Of a stretch of 64,000 bases of DNA, positions 1-14,700 are shown piece after piece; positions within the stretch are counted from its first letter, which is position 1, and each line of letters opens with the position of its first letter. The DNA is taken from NCBI GenBank assembly GCA_002189035.1, contig NEEC01000010.1, positions 558,001-622,000 of the forward strand, given 5' to 3'. Under the pieces are notes generated by a model. The model was not told the DNA's origin, did not search any database, and saw only the letters and a list, made by a program, of their open reading frames with translations. The position numbers were made by a program, and so were the translations under genes. Origin of the DNA: Utricularia gibba. Taxonomy: Eukaryota > Plantae > Magnoliophyta.

Positions 1-3000
1 TGGTGTAATGAGATAGGAGTTGGGCCCGATGCCCATAAAGCAAGAAGCTTGGCATATGCTGAGAGCCCCCGAGACTCTCTGTCTCACTGGTTAGGTATCT
101 GGGATTAGGCTACAGACCTTTTATGGTAACTCTCCAAGAGACACAAGGCCAAGGGCTTAAGGGTAAGAGTTCGGATGGCGACGGAGGCCTTGGTGCACAA
201 ATGGCTTGCAGGATAATCACCCGGATGGGTCAATGAGCAAATGCCAGAAGGACAGTGAAGAGAAGAGTGTCCCAACATTGTGGAATGAGTGTACACTCTT
301 CTCTTGATTATTTTGAAGATAATTTCCTTGTTATGATATTTCTAGATCAGAGTATATTTAGATTTAACATTTTTTAAATTAAATAGTACTAGTTATATTC
401 AATCCTACCAATTTCAATCTAATAAAATCAACGAATTAACTCTCATTCTAATTCTTTGATCTACTTATAGATTGTGTGTATTATATTTCTCCCTTATCTT
501 GGATCTATCCTACAATCGATGAGATACGTGTACACAAATCTTGCACCCTAAGTCAAACAAATACGTGCCCCTTTCATTCTCAAGCTGTCCAGTGAAAATT
601 AGCCACTCATTTTAAAAGAATTTCTTTCTAACTTCATAAACTCAATACATAAAAATGTTCATAATGCTCTCAAGAATAAAAGGAAACAAGCATGAACAAT
701 CAGTGCAAATGCAAAAATTGAAAATCTTTTTTTGATAGTCACTGTTCCTAGTTAGAATCAATAAATCATCTAGACTTGAATGTGTGCCTGCCTGTTTAAA
801 AAAACGGAGTTCTTCTCTTCTCCTGTATTATTCCCATCGTCTCTGGTTTCTTTGTGCTCCCGAAATCGCCATTCGAATGCTGTCCTCGTTGGGGATTGGA
901 GACTCTTCTCCCCCTCTCTTTTCTTTTTCATGATGGGATCCTTGTACTTTTAACCATCCATTACCCATTCTTTCTAGACTTGTTGCGTGTAGCGATATTT
1001 TTGCACGAAAGGGCATATCTGCTTTTCCCTGTCCAAAATTTATCCCATCATAGCCTTCTTCTTATTTTGGGTATCATCTGGTTTTTCATATAGCAAAATA
1101 AAATTTAAGAGTACTAAGTCAATAATTTAATATAGTTTTACGCAATAAAACACAAACTATATTAAAATTACACTTGAACACTTACTTTCATTAAAAAAAA
1201 AAGAAACTAACATTCTAGATAAGGAATCTGGTTTTTTTGGACAACACTGTTTGTCCTTTCTATCATGCGTTGATTTGAGAAGGGACATGCAATCATTTTC
1301 GTATGCATAGAATTTAATGAAATTTCAAACTTTCAAGTATGGTGTTGTTAAAGTTATAACTAGTGAATTCCTAATATTCTTTTACAAATAAAAGATTAGT
1401 TACAAAAAAGCAGGTGGGCATTCCTAGTTACATCAAAGTATGCACTATTGTGTAGCAACCCTGGACTGAAGGAAGGACACAGTTGCGTATCCCAACTTTC
1501 TACTGTGAGAGTCAGCGTGCGACCAAAGTAGAAACAAAAGAGCATGCGTGCTTGATATTTCTATCATCAAGTGCGATGATATGATATGACGTTTCAAGTC
1601 AAGCTGTTCTCACTTTTGCACCACGCGCGCTCCATGTGGAAATCATGACTTTATTCATGATAAGCATTATGGAGATTTTAGTGGATGTAAGGTAATAATT
1701 CAGGAGTTTAGAATAATTTCACTTGGCTGGATTTTTAAATGATATGGATATTTTATTTTTTTTTAATCAGCAAATGAATATTTGATATTTTATGCTAAAA
1801 GTATTAATATATTCATCACAATAATTCAAATTATTTTAGAATATGTATTATATGCATAACTAATTCATCAAGATACTATCAATGAGAATTTTGGTTACTA
1901 ATGTGATCGCATTGAAGCCGTTAATGGGCCATACTTGTGAGATACAAATGGATGTAGAAAGGTGGCCCAAGATGAAATTGGAAAGACTATGCATAGCCGT
2001 ACGACACAAGATTGTTGATATGGCTTTTGGCACTGCATCAAAACCTCCTTTCGGCCGTAAAACTTCCATTGGTCCTTTGATGATGAGATCGAAGGAGTTT
2101 CCTGTCACACGTACTGTAAAAATATATTTCAGGGCTATAAATGTGTAGTGTGAAATGCCCCAACGACCAACGTTGTTGCTACAGGGAGCAATATTTCCAA
2201 CTGATGGAATCTTGAAATTGAGATCTCTTTACTTGGAGTATTTCAAAATTGTTATTTTAAAATAACGGATATTGGATAGTTGAAGCTGTCTCATTTTCCT
2301 TTAAATTTCTTTTGTGCTTTAATTTTTTCAATTAGTGAACTCAAGTTCACAAAAAGATAGACTTCTCCCCTATTACCAACTCCACGGTTTTCTCCACCCC
2401 CACCACACCATTCTCTTACCTTCCACAGAATTATCATGCATTAAGTTATCAGTGGAATATTGAGAAAGAATGCCAAAAGAAGAATTAACAATCGAAGAGA
2501 GAAAAATACTATTAATTGTATATTAGTTATTGAGAATTCACAATAATTTGAGTTGTACCACTGCTTACATAATAAGTTTTTTCTGACCCAATTATTTATT
2601 ATGGAATTTGAAAAAAATTCTGCAGTTATATAAAGCTCCGCATAATTATACTTAAAAAAGTGAATCCACAATTCTTGTCCAAAATTGTTGATTTGCAACA
2701 TAAAATAATTCGGTCTCTACCCATTAATTCTAATTTTCCAACTATTGTTTGTGAGCAAAAAACTGCAACCATTCATTTTTCAAAGATTGTGCCACTTGTA
2801 GCTAGTGTAATCATTCATCTTCCAAAAGGTTGGTGCTTCATGCTCATTCCCTTTTCATACTAGTATAAGAGTTTTCATCTTGGCTTTCAATGCCACTATT
2901 ATTGTAAAATGGCTACCTCTAATACTAGTAAGGTTGCCAACTTTGTCAACCACTATGAAACCCAATAATATCATCTCTAGAAATAAATAGTGATAGACCT

Positions 3001-3245
3001 TAGAGAAAACAGGAGTCTCTATGGACACTTCACTAATGAGATCATACATTCACTAGAATTCATCACTCTTGTAGTAGGTATGGGTGATCCAATCCAACTC
3101 ATCCAAATAGATGTATACAAAACCTAGAGAATCTTCAATGATGAAGCTAGTTAATGGGAACCATACTTTCAAGAGAGAAGACAATTTTTTAGAAGTATCA
3201 CAAAACTTATTATCAATCAACATCACAATATCCTTGGAGAGAAAT

Positions 3246-4438
3246 TGATGGTAATTCTGCAAGTGTATAGAAACCGTCGAAGTAATAAAATAAGATCATA
3301 TCCACAGGGAATTGTTATTGGAATTTTCCTTTCAAAACAAAGATTTAAAAAGACTAAAAACAAAAGAAAGATTGGGTTTTGAAGACAATAAGAAAAGTGG
3401 TCTTGGATCTAAGATCCACCTTACTTAAAACTCGCCCTTGCGTGTGTACAAACCTTGAAGACTGACCTGCTTGCGCAAGCTTTGGAGGTGTTATGCTAAA
3501 GTAGTGCTACTCGGTAACCGTTATAGCACCGTCTCTTGTTTTGTGGGATTATGGAATCAATCACGCCACCAGAGCCATTTCACCTCTTATGATAACCCAT
3601 GTTTTCCCCACACCCAAATCTAACTCCTACACCTCTCACCTCGCAGACAGATTAGACAGAATGTGCCTTACCAACGATGTCTGATTGAGCCCTTTTCCTT
3701 AGGTGCTTGAGGCCAATCTTTGATTCTTCCACACTCCCTTAGGGTTATATGATACTAAAGATCACATTGGTAAAGAAAACGTTGCGAAAAATAGAATAAA
3801 ACCTCAAATTAAATGCTGAAAAACATAGTAAGACAGTCACACGCGCAGAACTTGCGCAAGCAAGGCTTCACAGCAGATCCTTAGCCGCAAGCGCTCACAC
3901 GTGCATGCTTGACTCTAAACAACAAAAGTTGATGTAAAACGAAGGGAAAGGAATCCAAAACTTGCTAGACTCGACTCTAAACCCTAGATTGACTCTCTGG
4001 TCGTCCACCCTTGACTCCTCCCATTTGATCTTCATGTTTGGATCTTTATATAATGGTGGGATTTGTCAGACTTTCTTAATGGGCTCACATCAAATCTTCT
4101 ATCCGGATCTTTTAAGATTTGATACAAATTTTCTAGGATAAGATCCAACTTTTTTAAGATAAGATGCGAATCTTATTTTATCTGAGAATCTTTGACCGAG
4201 TCTTCATCTGGATAGACCAAATCTTGGCCTCTATCAAAGTAGCTCGAAAATCTTCCAAATTATTCCAAATTCGTCCTGAAAAAATCACAAAACGCACTTT
4301 CCCTCTAAAAAGATCAAAGTGGTATGAAAGATATAGAATTCTTCTAACAACATAAGGAAAGTAAGATAAAAAGGATGCAAAACCCATCTAAGTAAATCCT
4401 AAAAAGCACAAATATAAGTGACACAAAATCACTTATCA
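3246..4438 (-). mobile_element. Solo LTR, family D (Athila/Tat-like)
   Basis: Ends TGATGG...TTATCA, perfect 5-bp TSD GAAAT, no internal domain. Closely similar to 28400-29589 and inverse-similar to 16602-17684. Confidence 0.9.
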
Positions 4439-4978
4439 GAAATTCCTTACAGCCTAAAGTTTTTGTGAAACTAATGATCTAAGGATCTTGATAGGAATGA
4501 TGGTTCTAGTATTTTGTCAAAGAGGACATTTTCTATTCTATAGATGGAAGTAAAAAAATATAGCATCTCATCTTGTTGCTCATTGACATCATACCCACTT
4601 CTTAGTAGTGTGATGTGGATTTTCACCTTTGGCTAAATGAGTAGCCTTTGGATGTTGTAGATTTTCACCTTTATTCTGCACTTCTCTGCAATTTGCTTCA
4701 TGATCAATTGAGAAGATTCTTTTTCTTTTGACTAGTTATATCCTAGAGATGGCTTCACTTTTGCTACCTCCTCCTTCATTAAAGAGATCTCTTTAGAGGG
4801 GGTCATATTAATGTAATCAATCTTAGCCCCCATTGCCTATCTTTCATAGCAAATTCATTTATGCAATAATGTGATATCATGCAACCATCATGTAAGATTA
4901 TCACTAAAATCTTTGATATTTGATTGTAAGATATCATCTCTTATGCTCATTCAACATTATAATCTAGTGTTAATAAAC

Positions 4979-5630
4979 TGATAACACATAGTTTTAGTGA
5001 TTTTAAATCTGAAAAGAGTTTTATTATCTTATGAAATTAGTTTGTTATTGAATATTTTGACGTTTTTGCAAATGCCAGCACGGTTTTAGTGTTTTATTCT
5101 AGAATGGGAGTTAATTCTTGATTTAGCCTTAATCATAATTTAATCTTATTCATCATAGTTATGTAGGACTTTTTCAACAAGTCAAATCTCAATAAGCCTA
5201 CAACGCATAGGACGTGAGCAGTAAGATAGAGACGAAAGGAGAGAGACGCTAGAAAATATAAATATCAAATTCCAAGAAGATGAAAAAAAAAGATTTTATT
5301 GGAAGAAAAGTAAGAGGGAGAAAAATATTTAGACTTCGAAAAACAAGCAAAAAGGGGGACAAGAGGTAAGGGATCTAGATGAAAAAAATATCAAAAGAAT
5401 AGAGGTAAAGAGGAGATGAATTCAAAAACTCAACTCAACTTTTGAAAACTTTTTCTTTATCTGGAACACTAGTAGTATGCAGAATTAGATTTCAAAAGTT
5501 TTAGTATTTTGCATGTTACTATTTAATTTTTTCTTATTAGACTGTAATCTTAGATATTTTGATATTGTGTTATAAATTAATATTGCTTCTTCTTAATATG
5601 AATAGCTAAGCACCATGTGGTACCTTGGAA
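4979..5630 (+). mobile_element. 5' fragment of an A-family-related LTR
   Basis: Starts TGATAACACATAGTTTT like other A-family LTRs. Similarity stops after TGAATAGCTAAGCAC...CCTTGG at ~5630. No 3' end. Confidence 0.5.
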
Positions 5631-5810
5631 TCTAAAGAAAGAAGTATGCTCATTATTCATTATACAATTCCAACCAGATAATCACACTAACTTCTTAACA
5701 AGGTAGATACTCCATTTTCTCTTCGAACAATTGGTTGCAAGGCTTCATCTCCTTCAATCTACACATCAGACTTGTCTAAATGTTCTAAAAATTCATGGGT
5801 TGGGAGACTC

Positions 5811-6930
5811 TGATAACACACATTTTTTTTTGTTTTTATGATATGAAAACTATAAATTTTTAATTATATTTTAGTTTTTTATTTTGTAGTCTTAAATATT
5901 TTTAAAAAATTTGGGGAATGTATGAATTTCATGTGCAAATGGACTAAACCCTTGAATTGAGTCCATTCTATGTTGTTAACGCCTTTTGAGTCTAGTAGAA
6001 AATTCTAAAAATCAGGGGAGTAGGTATGGATTTCTTGCAAGCAGCCATCATTTATCATAATGAGCAGCATAAAAAGAGAGACAATGAGTGCACTTCCACT
6101 ATAGCAAACTGTCAATAGGGGCACGAGCAGTAGAGCTGTCGGAGATCATACTTGCTTAGGGAAATGAAGGAAGAAAATATTTTTTTAGGGGGGGGGGGGG
6201 AGGAGAGGAAAAAGAAAGAGAACTTTAGCAACAAAGAATACACACATGAACACGCTCTATGAATATCGAATCAGAAAGGAGAAGAAGGAGATTTTTGATA
6301 AGAAGACTCTCCAACCTGAAGAACACCACCATGACTTAGTCCAATGCTACTGTTCCGGGTTGTGAATAATAGCAAATGAGAATCCGAACTATTTTTACTT
6401 AATTTTCATTTTTTGAATGTTTTTTAGTTTATGTGATTGACTTTCAGACGATGTTTATGATATTTTCAATAATTTATCTTAATGATATCATGCTTTATTT
6501 TCCACATATGAGTATCTAGACTTTAGGGATACCTTAAAGTATGGATAACTGATGTGGATTAGGGTTAATAAGGCAATTGATCAATGTTTCTCAGTTTTTC
6601 TTTCTATCATTTTTCGGGTAGACCTAAGGGAGGAAATGAATAGCTTTGTAGCGCAAATGTTGGATTTAGAAATAGACCAAAAAATCAAGGTGAGGATAGT
6701 AGGTATTAGTCCTAAGTAGAATGAGTAGAGTCGGGTAGATCTAGTTCTACATATCTCGCACTTCGATAGACCTAAAAATGGGATGGGTGATGATATTAGG
6801 GGCTATCGTAACCAAAAAGATGAGAAATGATTTTGGTAGATTTAGGTTTTTTGTAGTTGTGAGTATAGAAACATTGTAAATTAAATAAGTAACCTTAGTC
6901 ATCACCTACACACCCTTGAGACATCTTAGT
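5811..6930 (+). mobile_element. A2-family LTR, 3' truncated
   Basis: Starts TGATAACACACATTTTT. Colinear with 44827-46145 (e.g. GAAGAACACCACC...GTGAATA) until ~6930, where family-B LTR sequence takes over. Confidence 0.6.
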
Positions 6931-9900
6931 ATTAATTTTAGAATTCAATTGTCCAGATTAAAAGTTGTATTGATAAATATTTTATTTTGTTAGAAAAATC
7001 CTATTTTTGTTATTTGTACATATTGTGTTGTCTTTTTGTGTACTTTTACCAAAGTGTCAAGATGCAAGCTTGGAGTATTGTAGGAGAGTAGATATTGGCA
7101 TTTCATGCCATACATGTGAATTGGACCAATTGTGGGTGGAAGACCAACATTTATCAAAGCCCCTAACTTACGATTTGTCAGAGTTTTCAACAATTATTGA
7201 CCACTTACTTGGATGTATTGGAAAATTGATTGCTTACACAACACAGAAAGAATGATGAAAGAGGAACAGAGGAAGTTAATGCATATGTGAATGAATTAAA
7301 ACAAACTTGGATCACTTTGAATCGGACCTAACTTTCATTTTGTTTTTGCACTTGAACTTGTTCTTTCCTCTTCACCTAAGGGAGGAAGAACACTTTATCT
7401 TTCTGTTTTCGTTTTATGCTTTCATGGTTATTTGTGGCTAAACATTAATAATCAATCTCGGTTCTTTGCTGAATTTCTTCTAGATTTTGCATATTTCCAT
7501 GCATCATATTGCATTCTTTTGGTAATGTCTCTTAGTCATGATCCATGAGTAGCAAACCACTTCTTGTGGATTTTGATGAAAAATAAGGTGAAGAGCACCA
7601 TCTCCAACCATATTGGTTTGAGCAAGATAGCAATTGTTTGTGATCCGTATACCGTGATAGTGGATGGGTAGTGGCCTCGTACCCGCCATTGGTTATTGGC
7701 AATAGCTAGACACACGTGTAGAATTTAGTTTAAAGGCAATCCACGGCAGTCCCCTCATCCTCTCAATCGTCCAAGGTGAAATTATATGAGACTATTCCCG
7801 TGCCCCCTTGTCAATCAGAGTGTAAGGGAAAATACGTTATTTCTTGTTCCTATAACTAGTTATTTGGAAAGAATCATTGAAAGTTGAGACGAGGATGGAC
7901 AAATGGAGGAAATGAAATGTCATTCCCAAGAATTACTTCCCTAGTTAAGGTCCATTTGTTACGTTATATTTTTTGTTTTTGTATTTCAAAACCTTCTTTT
8001 TCAAATGCGTGACAATCTATAAAAGTTTAGCACAAAAACTTCTCACAAAACCCAATTCTTTGAGATCGATACTTGTACTACGCTTTATTTGTGTTTCACA
8101 TTTTTTAAATTAAAATTTATTGAGGAAATGACACGTAACAAATTTTTGGCACCGTTGCGAGAGAGTTGTGTATTTTTGTATTTGGTGTTGTGTATAGTTT
8201 TTCTTTTTCTTTCTTCTTCTTGTTTTTCCTTTGTTTTTGTTTTGCTAGTCCGTTTTTTTGTTTTATTCTTTCAGCTCCACTATAGGGACATCGAAGCTTG
8301 AGATCGTACCTAGAAACCTTTTGTCCCCCAGATCCGAAGATTGAGCACACATTTCTGGCGAAGAAGCAAGAATTATCTTCTAGTTCATGTATTGACGAAG
8401 AAATGACCAGTCAACCACCTACCGGAGTCTCCATTGTTCACGGAGAAAAGGAGCAACAACGTCCTCAAATTTTTTCAATTCTACTGATCGCTAATCATGG
8501 CCCAGTACTAAGGATAATTAAATAAGAAATCACTGCAAACCATGGTGACTAACCACTTTGCATTATTTTTGACATGGAAGAGGACTTAGAGCTACGTTTA
8601 TATCTGTTCCAGACACTTCCTAAGTTCGCTAGGAGAGAGAATGACAACCTAAATCGCTATTTTAGAGAGTTGCACACAGCTTGTGCATTCATGCATCCAA
8701 AAGGGGCAATGGAGAACCAAGCCAAGTTGCGGGTCTTCGTTTTTAGTCTCATTGAGTGAACCTTGGAGTGGCTGTATGCACTGTTACCATCCTCTATTGC
8801 AACCTAGGAGCAAGTGGTTCAGAAATTTCTCGATCAATATGTGCCTCTTAAAAGAGCCTCCACTTGAAGAAGAGCTTTAGCCATTATACTACAAAATGAA
8901 GGAGAGAATTTGCATGAATATTATGACAAATTCAACTGGATCTATAACATTTATGCATAGTATGAGTAGCTAGAGCCCTAGGGATGCCTTAAGATAAAGT
9001 ATGGTGGTGTGGATCTAGGATTCTTAATAAATTCACCATTTTTTCTTAGTTCTTATTTCTATCATCCATGGTTAGATCTAAGGAGGGGAACAAGTAACTT
9101 CTCAACTTAAAAGCTTGATTCAGATGTAGAAAAACAAATCAAGGTGGGAGCAGTAGGTGTTAGTCCGAGGTAGAACCAATAGAACCGGGTAGACCTAGTT
9201 CTATACACTTTGCATGCGGGTAAACCTAATTTTAAGGTTGGTAATGACATTAGGGACTAGCTTAACCGAAAATATGATGAATGATCTAGATAGACCTAGG
9301 TGATTTGAAGTTGTGAGTGTAGGAACATGGTAATTTAACTTAGACATTTTAGCACCACACCACCTGCAGAATCTTAAGACATCTACGTATTATTTTGAGT
9401 TAGGACTAGTACTTGTTACTTTTCGCATTGAAACCTTATTTCGTTTATTGAACTTATTTGTCACTGCTAGTCCGAGCTTAGACTAAGACTTACTGTTATC
9501 CAGAATTATGTATTTACTAAGACACTTAGCAAGTACAAGCTCTTCGTGATCGACCCCGACATCCACTATACAAGTTTTCTAAATTTGTATTTTGTGTAGA
9601 TTAGGGACTATAAATTTATTTGATACGAAAATTTTCTTTTATTGCAACGATATGTTAAAATTTCCGTTTATCAAGTGGTTAAGAAGGAGATTCTAAAGTT
9701 ATTGACTGTAGGTATAATCTATCATATTTCTGATAGTGAATGGGTTAGTTCTGTGCAGGTCGTTATGAAGAAAACAGAGATCACAATCATGGCTGATGAC
9801 TAAGGGGAACTCCTGCCTACCAAAGTGCAGAATGGGTTGAGAATGTACATTGACTACCAAAAGTTGAACGCAGCCACCAAGAAGGACCATTACCCACTTC

Positions 9901-10377
9901 CATTCATTGACATAATGCTGCAGAGACTGGCTGCAACGAGCCACTACTGTTGCTTGGATGGTTAGTCCAATTTCCATCAAATACCTGTGGCACTTGAAGA
10001 TCAATCAAAGGTTGTTTTTGTTTTTTGTTTGGGTACTTTTTCTTACCGTAAAATTCCTTTTACATTATGCAATGCACCAGCAATATTTTAAATTTGCATT
10101 GTTAACATTTTCTCTAAATATGTTGAAAACATTATCGATGTTTTTGTGGATGACTTCACATTTTATGGGAATAGTTTTGATGATTGTCTTTCTAATTTGT
10201 CATTGATTTTGAAGCATTGTGTTGAGACTAACCTTGTTTTGAATTATGAGAAATATCATTTTATGGTAGAACAAAATATCATTTTAGGACATGTTTCCCA
10301 AAAGGGAATTGAGGTTTGACAAGGAAAAGATTGAGGTAATCTTCAGATTACCTTATTCCACTTGTGTGAGAGATGTA
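6930..10377 (+). mobile_element. Truncated Athila-like Ty3/gypsy element (family B LTR, PBS, gag and RT remnants)
   Basis: LTR ends GACACGTAACA at 8140. PBS-like TGGCACCGTTGC at 8147-8158. gag remnant ~8300-8950 (LFQTLPKF, LRVFVFSL). RT remnant 9674-10377 (VVKKEILKLL, WVSSVQVV, RKDHYPLPFIDIMLQRL). Confidence 0.8.
8955..9673 (+). mobile_element. 3' half of an A2-family LTR inserted in the family-B element
   Basis: Matches 24900-25581 and 45450-46145 and ends TTTCCGTTTATCA. Its 5' half and the adjacent gag-pol sequence are deleted. Confidence 0.8.
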
Positions 10378-10769
10378 TGTTAGGTTTCTCATAGACATTG
10401 TATGTTTTCAATGCAACGGAATTTAAAATTTTTTGAGAAACCCAAATCATATATCTTGAAATACAGTATACATCAGATAAGGTGATTCTAAAGTACTTTC
10501 AGTGGACTCCTTTATTCACGAATCACCAACAATAGATGACCACTATGATATCTACACGTGAGGCATTTTGTCGATAACCTTCCAAAGGTCACATAATGAT
10601 GGTCGATCTCCATAGGTGCTAATAGAGAAAGTCACTCCTTGCAGATAAATCTCAGAGAGAAGAAGATATGAAAATATCTACGGATTAAATCTTTCTCATA
10701 GATATTTGGTAATATTGCTAATCAAATCTTTGTAAAGATCTTATCTGGTGGAGATATATGTATGTTCCA

Positions 10770-10950
10770 AATCTTATACTCTAATTCACAAAGAGGTACA
10801 GGAATAACATCATGTTATTCCCCCCTTGGATGCTTGAGAGAATAGAAAAATTGTCACCGATTGCTCTTAAAACTGAATTCACATGTGTCCAGCTGTTGCC
10901 AATGACCAATGATGGTAGAAGGTCACTACCCGTTTACTAACGTAGTATCC
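10770..10950 (-). mobile_element. Family-B LTR fragment
   Basis: Reverse complement aligns with ~57660-57815 (CATTGGCAACAGCTG...AAGGGG..AAT.ACATGA..TATTCCTGT.CCTC...AGAGTATAAG). Confidence 0.65.
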
Positions 10951-12844
10951 TGATCACAAACATCATTCACAGAGAAGACTCTCTCTTAGAACAAGTTCTT
11001 GAAACAATGAAACAAAAAGTAAATAAATAACATAAACATACAAATAATTTTATTAAACTGGTACTTACCATTAGTATCATTCCAAGTTCAATGACACCAA
11101 CCATTAAAGCTTCCAAAATATCATCATTGAGTCTACTTCGAATATTTGTAACAAGATTTCCACCCATGCTAAATGTAGACTTCGAAGCAATAGTAGAAAT
11201 AAGAATAGTTAAAATGTCCATGGCAATCTTCTTCAAAATAAGATATGAATTTCCATAGAGTTGTCATCAAGAAAGGATATTAAATTTATCCATTTTTTGT
11301 AGTACTGGTTCCCTTATGTAAGAGTCTACTTCCGATACATTAGAATCATTCAAATTCTCCATCCCTTAAGCCATATATTGATCAAACATTGAAATATCTT
11401 GATCATTAGAATCATAAATAATGGAGCAAGATGAAGTCATATTTTGTTTAGAAGCACCTAAACTATTTGAGAGAGTATCCAAATTAAATCGAGATTTATA
11501 CTCATCATATAAATCTTCAAAAATTTTCTAAAATTCCTTAATTTTTTCATAGAGTCATTTTCAAAAATCTCGGGAAAATAAACTCCATCACTTTCATTTT
11601 ATACCTCGGATCAAGAACGTCACCTACTCTCAAAAATAAATGGCATGTATCCTAATATATAGAGAACTTCACTATCATTTTATTTGCCATCTTATGAACT
11701 ATTTCATCTGAGCTTTTCTCCCAATTATGAATTTTTCTTTCATATCACATACTATATGAAAGAAAAGATTTGAAGTAAGTTATTATGTACTAGAGAAAAC
11801 TAGAGGTTCATGGTAGAATATACCTCTATAAGAGAAGGCAAATTGCAACATTCAATAAGTAGAGTCCCAACAAGTCTTACAATCATAAGATAACTTCTTC
11901 TCATAAGAAATATTAGATTGGCAACATGCATGCTCAAATTTTTCATTTCTTTTCGGTGAAGCTGTCCAATACACTACACCAGCATAGTTTTTATCAATCA
12001 CAACTTCAATCTTTGTAAAACCTACTTGCACAATCAAATCAGGAATGTGAGCATTGCAATGTACATGAAGTACGTTTCCCTTCAATATCAAATCCTTTCT
12101 CATAAGCTTATGTAGAAGTAAACTCAGAACATTGCCATTTGTTGAATAATCCATGTTCCATTTAACAAAAGTTTCTATAAAGCTTCAAAAATGCTTCTCC
12201 AGTATTTGGTTCATGAATATACAAATCTAAAAAAAAAATACTATATTAAATTTAAAATGCAATTGCCATTAATCACTATCAAAATCATATTCATCAAATA
12301 AACATACCTTAGAATAAAAATTTAATAAGTTGTTATTACGATAAATCCTTTATTGTTATTCTCAGATGTCCACATATCTGTTGTTACAGCAATTCAATTT
12401 TCTACCTTTTTTAACTCCTTGTAGTTCTTGGATTTGTACTTCAAATAAAGAGTAAGAATGTGATGCCTCAATGTATTTCTCGTAATAGCTTTAAAACTTG
12501 GATTGAAACCAACACAAAAATTCCTAAAACCAATTTTTTATGCAATCTTATCATTTTTGCAAAGCTTCCTCTTGATTGATCTTGATCAAACACAAATTTT
12601 TAAAAATTTTCAGAGTTTCCCATCTTAAGAACCACTTGCTTAATATTCATATTTGATCTCCTAGGGCATGTATCTTTGAAATGTCTTTTTAAAGATGACA
12701 AATCATTTTTTGTGTCCCTGCTCATCACTTTTTTGCAATGATTGCATTGAGCTTTCCATTCATTTGTCTTGTCGTCAAGGAATTGCTTGAAGTGCTCCCA
12801 TATTTAAAATTTTAGTTTTCTTTTGTTATAGATTCCACCATCAT

Positions 12845-14050
12845 TATTGCGTATCGTTTCCTCAACAAATTTTAAATTAGAAAAATGTAAAACACAATAA
12901 AGCATAGTACGAGTGCCAATCTCAGGGAATTGAGTTTTGCGAAAAGTGTTTTGTAGAAAATTTTTACAAATAGTCATGTGCTTGTAAAAGAGGTTTTTGA
13001 AATGCGGAAATAAAAATTACAACGCAAGTGATGGACCTTGACTAAAGGTTATAGTTCCTGGGAAATGGATTCCGTTTCCTTACACTTTGATCGATAAGAA
13101 GCCACGGGAATAGCCTCATGTGGTTCCCCCTTGTACGATTGAGAAGACAAAAGGATTGCTGTCGATTGCCTTCAAAAGCGAATTCTACGCATGTGCCCAG
13201 CTATTGTCAATGACGAGTGGTGGGTACGAGGTCACTATTCATCCACTGTTGCAGTACCTCGGTCACAAACAATTTGCGATTTCGCTTGAACCGGTAAGGT
13301 TGGAGGTGGTGCTCTTCACCTTGCTCTTCATCAAAATCTGCGAGGGGTGGCTTTCTACTCATGGACCGTGACTAGAAGTCATCACAGAAAGACTGCAACA
13401 AGATGCGTGGAGGTATGCAAAATCCGGAAGAATTTCAGTAAAGAGACGAGATTAATGCATAAGACTTGGAAGGAAACTTCATCTACTCCTAGAAACCAAA
13501 GTTGTCTATCCACGATGGCCATGAAAACAGAAAATGAAAATAGAAAGCTAAGGTGTTCTTCATCCCTTGGAGGAGAGAAAGAACCAAAAGTTTTGAGTGC
13601 AAAAAGTAAGTGTCAAAAGTTCCGAAAGAAATTGTTCTAAGTTAGTTTTATCTCACTCCCTATGTGCATTAACTCTTCATGCTTTCCTTCGATCATTCTT
13701 TTTGTCTTGTGCACCACCAGCTTTCCCATGAGTGCAAGGATGTGCCCAATCATTGATGTAGACTCTGACATGCCATAAGTCAAGGACCTTGACTAGTGTT
13801 AGTCTTCTATTCAAAATTCTTCCAAGTCATGTGCAAGACACGAAATGTCTGAATCTGGTCTCCTGCAACACTCCAAATCTGCCTCCTGACATTTTGGGTG
13901 AAAGTGCATGAATAAAAGACAACAAAATATGTACAGAATACAAAAATAAGGATTTTTTACTAAAATCAAATACTTAATAATATGAATCCTAATTTGGGTG
14001 ACTTAATACTAGATTAACACATAATAATAACTACAAAATGAAACTTAACA
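12845..14050 (-). mobile_element. Solo LTR, family B, inserted in the hAT1 transposase
   Basis: Inverse copy of 56825-58132 with perfect TSD ATCAT. The flanks rejoin the hAT reading frame just upstream of the BED finger. Confidence 0.9.
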
Positions 14051-14110
14051 ATCATCATCTGACAGCTTCGTCCACTCTATCATTACCATCATCAACTCCA
14101 CATCTTCCGT

Positions 14111-14700
14111 TGATAAATGAAAATTTCCTATTGTCGTTGCAAAAATAGAAATCTTCGTATCAAATAAATTTGTAAATTTTAATCCTCACAAAATACAAAT
14201 TAAACATAACATGTAAAGTGGAATTCGGGGTCGATCACAAGGAGCTTGTGCTTGCTAAGTGTTTCGACAGATGCAGAATTCGAAATAACAGTGGTTCTTA
14301 ATCTAAACTCGAAATAATAGTAGTAAACAAGTTCAGTAAACAAGTTCAGGTCTATACGATGAAGGTAACAACGACTGGTTCTAACTGAGAGTAATACTAT
14401 AGGGTCTGCAGGTGGTGTGATGCTAAAATGTGTAATTTAATTTACCATGTTCTTATACTTATACCTTTAAACAATCTAAGTCTACCCAAGTTATTCATTA
14501 TATTTTCAGCTAAGCTAGTTCCCAACATCATCATCAACATTGCAATTAGGTCTACCTGCATGCAAAATGTATAAAACTAGATTTACCCGATCCTACAGAT
14601 TCTACCCGATACTAAGAACTACTGCTCCCGTCTTGAAACTCTAAAATAAACAATAAAAGCATAATTAAAAAGCTATAATTATCATATCCTAAAACATGAA
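14111..14700 (-). mobile_element. Partial A2-family LTR
   Basis: Begins TGATAAATGAAAATTTCC, the inverse of the A2 3' end. Similarity fades at ~14650-14700. Confidence 0.7.

Larger units (their letters stand above)
2450..5810 (-). mobile_element. Highly degenerate L1-like LINE reverse transcriptase remnant, interrupted by LTR insertions
   Basis: Minus-strand fragments in the expected order: SPNP*IF (like SPGPDGF, ~5800), AMGAKIDYINMT (like KID..KAYD, ~4800), LFISRDDIIGF (like LFADD, ~2960). Many stops and frameshifts; boundaries approximate. Confidence 0.4.

Noticed and set aside
1-2260. ORFs at 105-296, 828-1093 and 1860-2148
   Set aside because: No recognisable motif in any frame. They may be old LINE or gene fragments but cannot be supported by eye.
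8147-8158. tRNA-complementary stretches (also 18466-18486 and 43429-43440)
   Set aside because: These are retroelement primer-binding sites, not tRNA genes; there is no cloverleaf.
10810-10830. Apparent Copia polypurine tract (AAGGGGGGAA on minus) next to a TG...CA segment
   Set aside because: The sequence aligns with internal family-B LTR sequence, and the 10378-10809 flanks show no TSD.
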